A DNA stretch of 63,068 bases, the filler included, from Octopus bimaculoides (lineage: Eukaryota): NCBI RefSeq assembly GCF_001194135.2. It is 5 parts of 5 records of this genome, joined end to end, with 100 filler letters (N's around TTAATTAATTAA, not from the genome) between each part and the next. Parts side by side here need not be neighbours in the genome. Positions count along the whole stretch, not along the records: positions 9,541 to 22,426 come from NC_068996.1; positions 22,527 to 52,759 come from NC_068999.1; 3 more parts are not named here. One strand, 5' to 3'. The position numbers and the translations under genes are program-made. The stretch's first letter is position 1; every line of letters begins with the position of its first letter. Below are positions 12,272-24,490 of the stretch, one piece after another. The notes under the pieces are model-generated. The model was given only the letters and a program-made list of their open reading frames with translations, ran no database searches and was not told the DNA's origin.

Positions 12272-12425
12272 GATGGGCTTCTTTCAGTTTCCGTCTACCA
12301 AGTCCACTCATAAGGCTTTAGTTGGCCCGAGGTTATAGTAGAAGACACTTGACCAAGGCGTCACGCAGTGGGACTGAACCTAGGGCCATGTGATTGGGAA
12401 GAAAGCTTCTTACCACATAGCCACG
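11967..12425 (-). mobile_element. SINE family A with an internal (TA)n/(CA)n expansion
   Basis: Reverse complement of the family A consensus. Confidence 0.85.
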
Positions 12426-13016
12426 CTGAGAAACTTAATATATTTTCTTTCATTTGATTTCGAATGTGTTTTCTGTATAGTTTTACATTTGAATCGTATC
12501 GCATTTGCTCATCCATATATGAGTATTAATGAAGTATGGTATCGTTACTCATATAAAATAGATTCAAAAGAAGGTCTAGGAAAGGAGGATTCTTGCTTTT
12601 ATCATTTTTTCTTGCAAAGTCGTTAATGGTTTGTGAAATTTTAATGAACACGTGTATTTTACACAGGATGTATGCAAGAAGATATTGTACAATCTTAGAT
12701 GGCAGAGCATCTAAAAACCTATTAAAGTGACGATGTACAAATGTGGCCAGCGTTTTCTCACGTCTCTATTACAATGTCGTATAAGAAACATTCGATCTTC
12801 TCTCTCTATGTTGAGTCTAAAGAAATCATTGCCATTTCTTTCTCCTTCCATTCTCGCTCCTTTGTTTTCCCCCTCTTTCTCTCTCCTTTGTCTCTCCATT
12901 TCTTTCTATCTCTCTCTCTCTCTAGCTGTCGATCTATCTATCTGTATATCTGTTTGTCTGTCTGCCTGCTTGTCTATCATTCTCTCTCACTCTTAAACTT
13001 TCTCTTTCTCTCTCTT

Positions 13017-13063
<47 letters not shown>

Positions 13064-13314
13064 CTCGCTATATATATACATACATATATATATATATATC
13101 AATAAAAATAAGAGGGTAAAATTAATTAATTAATCAATTAATTAATTAATAATTAATAATTCTACCAAGTAGTTCGGTACGTTAAAATAACCTTTTTATG
13201 TAAAATTATACAAATATTCTATAATTATGTTTATAATTATAGAATATTATATATATATATATATATTAAATTTTAATAAATGGAGTTATACGCATGTGTT
13301 AAATGATTTCTTTT

Positions 13315-13404
13315 ATTTCCGACATATGTTTCGAAGATTACAATTGGTTCATTCCAAAGGAATGTGTGATGTTGATAAAGATGTAATCTTCTCTTCAGAG
13401 AAAT
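13315..13404 (-). ncRNA. Type I hammerhead ribozyme motif with canonical core
   Basis: Minus strand ATTTCT-CTGAAGA-GAAGATTACA-[39 nt]-TGTAATCTTC-GAAACATATGTC-GGAAAT: 6-bp stem I, perfect 10-bp stem II, ACATATGT stem III, GUC cleavage site. Confidence 0.85.
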
Positions 13405-13624
13405 ACATAGGAACCAGCTTAACCGTAAGACATTTTAACCGAATATGATAACTGCGTGTGTGTACGTATATCTGATTAATGAGAGACGGACGATGGAAAA
13501 TACGAGAGTTTTTGTTAGCATCGATCCCTAACGGGGGGGGGGGGGATACCCAACAACTGTTTTTTTTTACACGAACTGACAAAGTAAATTGCGGAACTGT
13601 TATTTTAACAATTTCTATTTGTTT

Positions 13625-13730
13625 ATCATCCGAAGAGACACATCTACATCGTCGGATGCTCCCGAACCAATTGTTGGGTATCCCACCCGTGAGTGATAGA
13701 TGTTAGATGAGTCGAAACAGTTGTAGTGAT
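13625..13730 (+). ncRNA. Type I hammerhead-like motif with U4C core variant
   Basis: ATCAT-CCGAAGA-GACACATCTA...TAGATGAGTC-GAAACAGTTGTA-GTGAT: 5-bp stem I, 9/10-bp stem II, near-palindromic stem III, GUA site. Confidence 0.65.
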
Positions 13731-13959
13731 TGATAAAACCCTTGTATCTTCCATCTTCCGTTCCTCATTAACCAAACGAACACTGTGAAAGTGGCCGTGC
13801 TTTACCAGTAAGCTACCAGGTTTTAACCACTCGTTTTATTATCTAATATCTAATATCTAATATATGTACAGAAATGTAAACACACACACACACACACGCA
13901 CACACATACAAACACATATATATATAGATATATATATAGTGAGAATTTACAAAAAAATC

Positions 13960-14125
13960 AAAAGACGAAGCGGGTATGTAAACAACAAACAGATGCATTA
14001 GTTTAACGCTCGGGAAGTGAGAAAGTCTTTTACGTTCGAGCCCACGCTTTTCAACAGAAGAACACAGAAAGAAACAAGGAGAGAAAATAAAAAAGGTGCA
14101 GTGGCTAGCGATCAATCATGACAAA
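13960..14125 (-). mobile_element. Penelope-like terminal-repeat fragment (same family as 640-760)
   Basis: Reverse complement CATGATTGATCGCTAGCCACTG...CTGTTGAAAAGCGTGGGCTCGAACGTAAAAGAC aligns with 650-755. Confidence 0.55.
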
Positions 14126-14143
14126 TCCTGGACAGGGGTGTGT

Positions 14144-14257
<114 letters not shown>

Positions 14258-14320
14258 TCAAAACAGTCTGATTAAAATTCGTTAGTTCACCGAGCTTCAA
14301 GCCTGATGCTAGTATTCAGG

Positions 14321-14681
14321 CATCTTGAATTTGAACGAGAGGAAGTGATTGCTATTACTGTAACGTGGGCTGGGACTGGTCGAGGAAGGTCACGCCGTGT
14401 TGTAGTTTGTTGTTGGTATATCAGCGAGAGAAATATGTTCCTCTGACAAATTTCAAGCCTCTTACCACCGACAACCCGGATATACCACCTCAGTACCAGC
14501 TACTACCCTGTACCGCCTGCACCAAGGTCACCGTCACCCAGCAACTCCTATGATCAGGACCACCATTTATTGATCCCCAGAGCTTGTTATGCGAGTGTAC
14601 ACTCATACATACACGCGCCGTCGAGTACACATGTGCACATGCATGCATGTGCGCGCACACACAAATATATATATACATACA

Positions 14682-14723
<42 letters not shown>

Positions 14724-16238
14724 TATATAGGGCAGGGAATCGTCAATTAGTAATAAAATTAATAATAAACAGTATGTTGGAGAAGCAGCTCCTGCTAATC
14801 CCTGTATATTTATGATTATAAATGGTTTTACCGATAAAGGTTTTTTCATACTGAGCTACTCGGCAAAATTGTTAATTATTNNNNNNNNNNNNNNNNNNNN
14901 NNNNNNNNNNNNNNNNNNNNNNNNNNNNNNNNNNNNNNNNNNNNNNNNNNNNNNNNNNNNNNNNNNNNNNNNNNNNNNNNNNNNNNNNNNNNNNNNNNNN
15001 NNNNNNNNNNNNNNNNNNNNNNNNNNNNNNNNNNNNNNNNNNNNNNNNNNNNNNNNNNNNNNNNNNNNNNNNNNNNNNNNNNNNNNNNNNNNNNNNNNNN
15101 NNNNNNNNNNNNNNNNNNNNNNNNNNNNNNNNNNNNNNNNNNNNNNNNNNNNNNNNNNNNNNNNNNNNNNNNNNNNNNNNNNNNNNNNNNNNNNNNNNNN
15201 NNNNNNNNNNNNNNNNNNNNNNNNNNNNNNNNNNNNNNNNNNNNNNNNNNNNNNNNNNNNNNNNNNNNNNNNNNNNNNNNNNNNNNNNNNNNNNNNNNNN
15301 NNNNNNNNNNNNNNNNNNNNNNNNNNNNNNNNNNNNNNNNNNNNNNNNNNNNNNNNNNNNNNNNNNNNNNNNNNNNNNNNNNNNNNNNNNNNNNNNNNNN
15401 NNNNNNNNNNNNNNNNNNNNNNNNNNNNNNNNNNNNNNNNNNNNNNNNNNNNNNNNNNNNNNNNNNNNNNNNNNNNNNNNNNNNNNNNNNNNNNNNNNNN
15501 NNNNNNNNNNNNNNNNNNNNNNNNNNNNNNNNNNNNNNNNNNNNNNNNNNNNNNNNNNNNNNNNNNNNNNNNNNNNNNNNNNNNNNNNNNNNNNNNNNNN
15601 NNNNNNNNNNNNNNNNNNNNNNNNNNNNNNNNNNNNNNNNNNNNNNNNNNNNNNNNNNNNNNNNNNNNNNNNNNNNNNNNNNNNNNNNNNNNNNNNNNNN
15701 NNNNNNNNNNNNNNNNNNNNNNNNNNNNNNNNNATATTTATATATATATATATATACATATGTACATACAAATGACTACGCATGATGTATGTGTGCGCGT
15801 GCATATACATGCATACATACATATATATATATATATGCACACATATATATGTATGTGTGTACGCACTCGTGCGTGTATGCGTGCACATATTCGTTCATGT
15901 ATGTCTATGTGTGTGCGGTAGAATGAGTGCATGTGTTCCCATGCACTTATGCGCACGCTCATATAAATACAGACATGCACGCAAAACTATATGAGCACGT
16001 TCACACACATATATACAAGTATATGCTTGCAGATACCGACCCTTCCTACACCCCCAACCATGCGACCGATTTCCTCTCCACCACGCGGTCGATTTCGTGT
16101 TCCTCTCGCGGTATTTTCCAAGAAACTGTTGTCGCTGATATATCAACGTCAAACTACGACACCGCATGACCTTCCTCGACCAATCGCAACCCGCCTTATG
16201 GCAATAACAATCAACTTCTCTCATTCAAATTCAAAATG
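14321..16238. repeat. Inverted-repeat pair (107-bp arms) enclosing 1.7 kb, unclassified
   Basis: 14321-14427 is the diverged reverse complement of 16132-16238 (shared GGTCGAGGAAGGTCA, TATATCAGCGA, TTGAATTTGAA). Confidence 0.7.
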
Positions 16239-17411
16239 GCTTAAAATTATCATTGCGCTTGAAACTCAGAGTACCAACGAATTTGAATCAAACTGTTTTG
16301 ATCCATTCATGAAAACCCCAATAAAAATGTGAGTGTCCTTCTGTGATTTGTCCACAGACTCCTATATATATATATATATATATATATNNNNNNNNNNNNN
16401 NNNNNNNNNNNNNNNNNNNNNNNNNNNNNNNNNNNNNNNNNNNNNNNNNNNNNNNNNNNNNNNNNNNNNNNNNNNNNNNNNNNNNNNNNNNNNNNNNNNN
16501 NNNNNNNNNNNNNNNNNNNNNNNNNNNNNNNNNNNNNNNNNNNNNNNNNNNNNNNNNNNNNNNNNNNNNNNNNNNNNNNNNNNNNNNNNNNNNNNNNNNN
16601 NNNNNNNNNNNNNNNNNNNNNNNNNNNNNNNNNNNNNNNNNNNNNNNNNNNNNNNNNNNNNNNNNNNNNNNNNNNNNNNNNNNNNNNNNNNNNNNNNNNN
16701 NNNNNNNNNNNNNNNNNNNNNNNNNNNNNNNNNNNNNNNNNNNNNNNNNNNNNNNNNNNNNNNNNNNNNNNNNNNNNNNNNNNNNNNNNNNNNNNNNNNN
16801 NNNNNNNNNNNNNNNNNNNNNNNNNNNNNNNNNNNNNNNNNNNNNNNNNNNNNNNNNNNNNNNNNNNNNNNNNNNNNNNNNNNNNNNNNNNNNNNNNNNN
16901 NNNNNNNNNNNNNNNNNNNNNNNNNNNNNNNNNNNNNNNNNNNNNNNNNNNNNNNNNNNNNNNNNNNNNNNNNNNNNNNNNNNNNNNNNNNNNNNNNNNN
17001 NNNNNNNNNNNNNNNNNNNNNNNNNNNNNNNNNNNNNNNNNNNNNNNNNNNNNNNNNNNNNNNNNNNNNNNNNNNNNNNNNNNNNNNNNNNNNNNNNNNN
17101 NNNNNNNNNNNNNNNNNNNNNNNNNNNNNNNNNNNNNNNNNNNNNNNNNNNNNNNNNNNNNNNNNNNNNNNNNNNNNNNNNNNNNNNNNNNNNNNNNNNN
17201 NNNNNNNNNNNNNNNNNNNNNNNNNNNNNNNNNNNNNNNNNNNNNNNNNNNNNNNNNNNNNNNNNNNNNNNNNNNNNNNNNNNNAATACACACAAATGAA
17301 GCCTAGGTGCTTCGCAACAAAATTATTAAAAAATTCCAACAAAATGTGGACAGTAAAAGGTCAAATAAACGTTTACCTTCGCAGCCGATGTGACAGCACG
17401 TCCGTGAGAAG

Positions 17412-17466
<55 letters not shown>

Positions 17467-17729
17467 CAGACAGAGAACACAAAGTTATTTTATTCCACAC
17501 GGGTAGAAATATAGGAAAAACAGAACATGAAAATGCACTGAAAATAGTTAAAATATCATTTATGTTTTTGCATTTCACCGGTTTCACAGTTTACACTGAT
17601 TTTCAAAAATTTGAAATAGAAGGACTGCTTTGCTTCTGACTAGTGTTTGAAACCTGCCCCACTTTTATAGGGAGTTCATTGCTTAAATTAGTATATGTTT
17701 TGAGAAGGGTTTGATTGGTAGAAGATAGT

Positions 17730-18030
17730 CACATGACTCATCTTAGAAATTTTGGTAGGTTCCCTACTACGTCCGTGTGTTAGTATCAAGTGACAATATT
17801 TAGTGTCGTAGGTTAAGGCTGACACGGTTGACTGAACAAGTCTAGTGGTAGTACTAAAGAATCAACGCTCTGAATGTTTTTTTGTCAAATGTTTGTAGAC
17901 AATGAACACGTGATTAAGTTTAGAACCTTCTGTACGTTTCCCACTACGTCCGTGTGTTAGTGTCACGTGGCAGTATATTTTATGCCTAAAATGAAGGCCG
18001 ACACAATTGAGTGATCTTGTTTAGTTACAA
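17730..18030. repeat. Diverged 177-bp-period tandem dimer
   Basis: CTACGTCCGTGTGTTAGT at 17767 and 17944 with alignable flanks (AAGGC.GACAC..TTGA). Confidence 0.6.
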
Positions 18031-18476
18031 CCAAGGCACTCAAAATTTAATCTGTCTGGTGGGAGAGTAGACAGGAGTCGTTTGTATGTAGTCCAGTGGC
18101 TAATGTTTCTCGTGTAAGTGGCAGAATGAATTGTGTGTGTAAATAGTTATTTGTGTATGTACTTTGCTAAAGCAAGCAGAGTGAAGCTGCTTGGCACAGA
18201 TTGAATGTGAACTATGCAGAGCATGCGCACTCTAAGTTTTAACGTTCTTGTTCACTTTCACTGTTTACGGCAGTGACTGGAGGGAACGTGTGTAGCGTGT
18301 GATCGTGGCATTGACCATTACAGAGAAAGTTGAGCTCAGAATCTGCATTAAATTTGACCTGGCAATAATAGGTATCGCCATGACAGCTTTCTCTGTCATG
18401 ATCAATGCGACGATCACACGCTACACACCTTCCTTCTACACATCTTGCCTTAATGTTTGCTGTCCTGTTTAATAAT

Positions 18477-18514
<38 letters not shown>

Positions 18515-19005
18515 GGTGTGTGTGTGTATGTATGTATGTATATACAGACATATATATATATATAGACATACATATATATATATATATACACATATACATA
18601 CACGCACACAAGGATATATGTGTGTATGTACGTATATATGTTCGTGTACTTATATGTATGTTTATGTCTATTAAAAAAATGTATACAAAATTTCTTCTTT
18701 TTTTTTGTTTGTTTTTTGTTTTTCACAATGGCGTTTGTACTAATTAAGTGGGATGTATGCCATCAAAGATGACCAGAATCGTTCCTGATGTTTATTGAAT
18801 AAACTCATTTACCATAAACACAACCTGTTTCTCGCTGTGAATCATTATCATGTACCTCTTGACAGACTTCCATAAACTTCAGTTATGTATTCAAAGAATA
18901 AGAAAATGAAAAGAGTGAAATACAATCGCTGATCGCTTTGGCTTTCATGGATTTTCGGGAAGTTCCTTTTCATTAGCTTTATTTTTACTTTATATATTAT
19001 TAGCT

Positions 19006-19038
<33 letters not shown>

Positions 19039-19059
19039 CGTGCGTGTGTGTGCGCGTGC

Positions 19060-19097
<38 letters not shown>

Positions 19098-19621
19098 CGA
19101 AAGTTGTTTAACTGAGAGCAGGAAGAAGTATTACCTGGACATTTTTTTACGCAGTGCACAAATTGAAACTGTCATTTCGAAAGCAATATTTATATATATC
19201 CACTCTTGTTTTTTGTGTGTTTGTTCGGTTTATTTTTGTCTCTTTTCTTTTCTTTTTCTTCTTTTTCTTTTCTTTTTTTTTTGTTTTTAGTTAACGCATA
19301 CCAACATTTTTGACAAGGCTATTTTTCTCAGTGAAAGAAGAACATAAGTTACGCAAACGACTTCCCATGTTGCTCAGAGAAGACATCATTCTTCCCTCTG
19401 TCAAAGTTGAGGGGTCAAAGCCGAGATCACAAACCTGGCTTAGTGTTATCCTATCACCAATCAATTTACATTGTTACTCGCAGGTTACACACACACTCAC
19501 ACTCACACACACACACTCACACACACACTCACACACACACACTAACACACACACACACACACACACATACACGCAAGAACATACGTATACGTGTTGTGTG
19601 TGACTTGCATATATGTCTGCA

Positions 19622-19669
<48 letters not shown>

Positions 19670-20538
19670 AATATACTTTGCAGCAACACCCATCATATGT
19701 GTGTGTTTTTGATTTTGTGCAATGTATACATATACATGTCTGCATACATGCATGCATGCATACATACACACATAGATATAAAGATAGCTGCATCCAAAAA
19801 TACGCGCATACATACATACATACATACATACATACACACATACATATATGCATACATNNNNNNNNNNNNNNNNNNNNNNNNNNNNNNNNNNNNNNNNNNN
19901 NNNNNNNNNNNNNNNNNNNNNNNNNNNNNNNNNNNNNNNNNNNNNNNNNNNNNNNNNNNNNNNNNNNNNNNNNNNNNNNNNNNNNNNNNNNNNNNNNNNN
20001 NNNNNNNNNNNNNNNNNNNNNNNNNNNNNNNNNNNNNNNNNNNNNNNNNNNNNNNNNNNNNNNNNNNNNNNNNNNNNNNNNNNNNNNNNNNNNNNNNNNN
20101 NNNNNNNNNNNNNNNNNNNNNNNNNNNNNNNNNNNNNNNNNNNNNNNNNNNNNNNNNNNNNNNNNNNNNNNNNNNNNNNNNNNNNNNNNNNNNNNNNNNN
20201 NNNNNNNNNNNNNNNNNNNNNNNNNNNNNNNNNNNNNNNNNNNNNNNNNNNNNNNNNNNNNNNNNNNNNNNNNNNNNNNNNNNNNNNNNNNNNNNNNNNN
20301 NNNNNNNNNNNNNNNNNNNNNNNNNNNNNNNNNNNNNNNNNNNNNNNNNNNNNNNNNNNNNNNNNNNNNNNNNNNNNNNNNNNNNNAAATTTTAGGAAAA
20401 TAAAAATAAGAAATAAGTGGAAATTTTACCGGTGAGTGTGTTAAATTTCAAGACACAATAAGAAAATGACTCTCCCCAGACACAACAGCATATATATATG
20501 CATATGCATAAAATATATATCCACACACACACACACAC

Positions 20539-20581
<43 letters not shown>

Positions 20582-20891
20582 TATATATATATATCAGTAG
20601 AATCAACAAAAATGTAATTCATCCAGCGAGAGATAAATATCAATTTAATACACAACCGAAAGAGCTACTAACATATACACTTGGACATACATATTTATAA
20701 AGTACTTCATGTATGCCTAAGCCATTTTACTGGCCTTCTTTATGCGTTATATATATTTTAAAATCCAAGGACATTGGACAATGAGAAAATAAGAAAAAAC
20801 ATAGGAAAAAACATGAGGAATGTTGGTGCAAAAAATGGAATGAGAAAAAGGAAACGAAATCATGAAAATTAAGAACCTCGTCCTTCTAGAT

Positions 20892-21566
20892 TGCAGAACA
20901 AACTACTTCAAATATCATGCTGATAAATGCACTGACTCGCCACAGTGTAGGATGTGCTCATATTGTTAATGAGTGCTATAGGCTGGCAAAACGCGAATAT
21001 AAAAGGAGATACGACAATGCGGCCAGATATGTCCTGTGTGTTGCGCGGTAAAGCAAACCTCGAGAGAGCCGAACAATGGTATGAACACAAGCCAGAGAGA
21101 GTAATGGAAAACAAGCATTACAAAATACACTGGGATTTTAACATGCTGTGCGACCAAGTCATAGAGGTGAGATGGCCAGATATCGTGATCATCCATAAAG
21201 AGGAAAAAGAAGCAAAGATGATAGATGTTGCAATACCAGGCGATTTGAGGGTGAAATGTAAGGAAACAAAAAAGATTGAGAAATATGAGACACTGCGGGA
21301 CGAGATAGGAAAGTTATGGGGCATGGGGAAAGTAATTGTGATACCAGTGGTAAATGGAGCATTAGGAGCAGTTTCCAAGGGCTTTGAAAATCATATAAAG
21401 AATGTAGGAGCTATTGTCAGGCTCGAAGTGATCCAGAAGACAGCATTGTTGGGTAGAGCTCGCATTCCAAGGAGAGTATTGCCTCTTTGAGTCACAGGAG
21501 AAGAAGGCACTACTTGATACCTTTTGATGATTTGTTATTTCCTGCTTTCAAGTAAAGAATAACCGA

Positions 21567-21570
<4 letters not shown>
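20892..21570 (+). mobile_element. 5'-truncated R4/Dong-clade non-LTR retrotransposon (CCHC knuckle and REL endonuclease)
   Basis: CRMC / HIVNECYRLAKREYKRRYDNAAR, WYEHKPERVMEN, HWDF, RWPDIV, IDVAIP, KKIEKY, IPVVNGALG, QKTALLG; stop at 21490, short 3' UTR, then (TAA)n. Confidence 0.9.
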
Positions 21571-21850
<280 letters not shown>

Positions 21851-21902
21851 TTTAANNNNNNNNNNTATATATATATATAGATATAGATATATATATATAT
21901 TA

Positions 21903-22245
21903 AGAAATGGAGTCAACCGCAGGTGTTATTCAAATCTTTATACTTCTGACATATGTTTCGAAGAAATCATTGATGTAAAACAATAAGCCATTTTCATCGA
22001 ATGTGATTATCGCATATATGATGGAAGGAAATGTCCTTTAAAAAATAACTTGCCAGCGTTTCCCTTCATCATACAGGCGGTAATCACATTCGGTTAAAAT
22101 GGCTTATTGATGTGTTTTGTTTCTTTCTTTTCCCTGACGGGTTGATTGCATTGTTTTACATCAGTTTATTCCCTCCGGAATAATACCAATGATTTCTTCG
22201 AAACATATGCCGGAAGTATGAACACCTGCGTTTGACTCCATTTCT
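21903..22245. mobile_element. Foldback element of about 345 bp with Penelope-type ends and hammerhead 3' halves
   Basis: Nested inverted repeats 21903-21975/22183-22245, 21982-22013/22077-22108 and an inner pair around 22040; both outer arms carry TTCTTC-GAAACATATG(T/C)C. Confidence 0.7.
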
Positions 22246-22526
22246 AAATTTATCAGTGTTATACAAAAATATCTCATTTAACCCTGGAATTTCTACCTTT
22301 ATAAGTAGGCTGTAATATCCTTGGCTCTTATGTCAATTTTTGCTACCCTGGTAACTATCTATTTTTTTCCGTGTTATTTGTACACATTGAAAAAATACAT
22401 ATACGATTCTTTATATATATATATATNNNNNNNNNNNNNNNNNNNNNNNNNNNNNNNNNNNNNNNNNNNNTTAATTAATTAANNNNNNNNNNNNNNNNNN
22501 NNNNNNNNNNNNNNNNNNNNNNNNNN

Positions 22527-22860
22527 CCAGGTACAGAGGTTTATCCTTAGCTAGGTATTTCTCTTGCAACTGTCTCACTAGAAATAAGGCATCAGTAGTG
22601 CTTTTACCTGGCACGAACCCAAACTGCATCTCATCTAAATTGATTCGCTCCCTAATTAGTTGGGCTATGACCCTCTCTGTAACTTTCATAACCTGATCTA
22701 ACAGCTTGATGCCTCTGTAATTATTTGTATCTAAAGCGTCCCCTTTACCTTTGTAGCAGTTGACTATGATGCTGCTACACCAGTCATAGGGTATGACTCC
22801 TTCGTGTATCACCTGACGGGTGACTAGGCTATAGCCAACACTGCCAGATATTTTGAGCAT
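22527..22860 (-). mobile_element. RTE-clade LINE reverse-transcriptase fragment
   Basis: IVNCYKGKGDALDTNNYRGIKLLDQVMKVTERVI...QFGFVPGKSTTDALFLVRQLQEKY; truncated by a gap. Confidence 0.92.
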
Positions 22861-22892
22861 CTTTGCTTTTTGATGTTCTTTAATTTTGTTTA

Positions 22893-23410
22893 GTCATCAT
22901 CGCTTAACATTCTCCTTTCATGCTGGCATGGGTTGGATGGTTTGAAAGGAGATGGAAAGTCACAAAACTGTGTCAAGCTCTACTGTCTGCTTGGCATGGT
23001 TTCTACACATAATGCCAACCACTTTACAGTGTACTTGGTACTTTTTTTCATGGCACCAACAGCAGCAGTAAAACACCAAGTAGCTTGCAAGACCCCCCTC
23101 AACTAGGGGAGGAGGAGTATTGAGGGAGGTGGGTTTTTGCTAGATGAATAGAGGGACAGAAATGGGTGTTTGCAATAAGAGGAGATAACCGGCTACCTCA
23201 GTTGAGGAGAGAGATGGTGAAGATGTGATGGAGAGTATATTCAAGTTACAGGGAAGTGTATATAAGTGAGTTGGAAGCAAGGATTGGATAGGTTGAGCGA
23301 GTGGGTAAGTTTGTGAGATTGTGAAAGGAGGAGAGGGGGAATGTAATGAGTGGAGACAGGTAGAGAGAGGAGGCATTGGAAGGTATGTTGTGGGGGAAGA
23401 GATACAACAA
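22893..23410 (-). mobile_element. RTE-tail element (3' end with CAT/ATG repeat), degenerate
   Basis: CATCATCGCTTAACATT...CATGCTGGCATGGGTTGGATGG matches the reverse complement of the RTE tail at 52860-52987. Confidence 0.7.
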
Positions 23411-23437
23411 TGATTCAAAATCATATCCTATCATTAA

Positions 23438-23657
23438 CTCTTTCGCATTTAAACTGGCCATATCTGGCCCAAATATTCTGTCTGTTTTATGTTTAAACTG
23501 GCCAGATCCAGCCTCTCACACTTACCCTACAATGACATTCTAAAAGTATGTTATCACGCTATTGAAATCTCAAAGCTACAAGACAATGCATGATTAACCC
23601 AAAGCAATGTGAAGAAATAAGCATTACTTTTAACTGAACAATCTGAATGCTACAGGA
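23438..23657. mobile_element. 220-bp piggyBac-type MITE, family 1
   Basis: TTAA at 23434 and 23658; homologous to 37752-37971. Confidence 0.75.
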
Positions 23658-23799
23658 TTAACAAACTTACACATATGCCTCATTACCATTTTTCTTAATG
23701 TCTACTGTTGTAGTATAAAATTTCTGTCTCTTTTGTTGTTTCTTCTTCAGTAACTTTAAACAGCATGATGGAATATGTGACAAAGAATAAAATGTTTAA

Positions 23800-24019
23800 C
23801 CCTTTTGTTACCAACCCGGCTGAAACCGGCTCTGGCTCCAAGTACAAATGTCTTGTTTTCATAAGTTTTGAATTAAAATCTTCCACCAAACCTTAGTCAC
23901 AATTTATGCTCCTAGCACTAGCTGAATGATAACTAAGTTATTTTACTAAATTCTTTGTTATATTCAAAGTAATTGAAAGAAACACAGAGCATCTCAAAAT
24001 AAATACAGTACTGAAAGGA
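23800..24019. mobile_element. 220-bp piggyBac-type MITE, family 2
   Basis: TTAA|CCCTTTTGTTAC ... GTACTGAAAGGA|TTAA. Confidence 0.7.
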
Positions 24020-24189
24020 TTAAAATCCAGCACCAGGCATTTCATGTTATATGCTTGGCATTCAGTTTACAACTGGTAGTTGCCGACATAAACAAGCTTG
24101 CACAATATTCCTTACAATGATTTTCAAAAGTACCATTAGCTTTGGTTTTCTGTTATTCTAGATAATATTATTTCATAAGTTTAGTGATG

Positions 24190-24490
24190 GCATCTGACTT
24201 AGCAGTTAGGATACTTGGATCACAATCATAGGGTCAGGCGCTCAATTCCCAGCAGCATGACACTTTATTTCACATAGTTCCAGTCCACTCAACTGGCACA
24301 ATTGAATAGCACCCATATTTCAAAGGGCCAGCCATGCCACATTCTGTGTCATGCTGAATCTTCCTGAGAACTAAGTTATGGGTACGCGTGTCTCTGGAGT
24401 CTTTAGCCACTTGTAAGTTATTTTTGCGAGCAAGCGGTTCTATTGAGCAGAAGAACTGGATCACTCATCATCATAACCGGTGGAGTGCCA
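24190..24490 (+). mobile_element. SINE family D, degenerate
   Basis: CCAGTCCACTCAACTGGC...TGTGTCATGCTGAATC...CCGGTGGAGTGCC. Confidence 0.7.

Noticed and set aside
17370-17412. Minus-strand peptide RTCCHIGCEG with a GTAAAC donor, superficially like an insulin A-chain CCxxxC
   Set aside because: No acceptor, wrong spacing to the last Cys, and no B-chain exon; likely chance.
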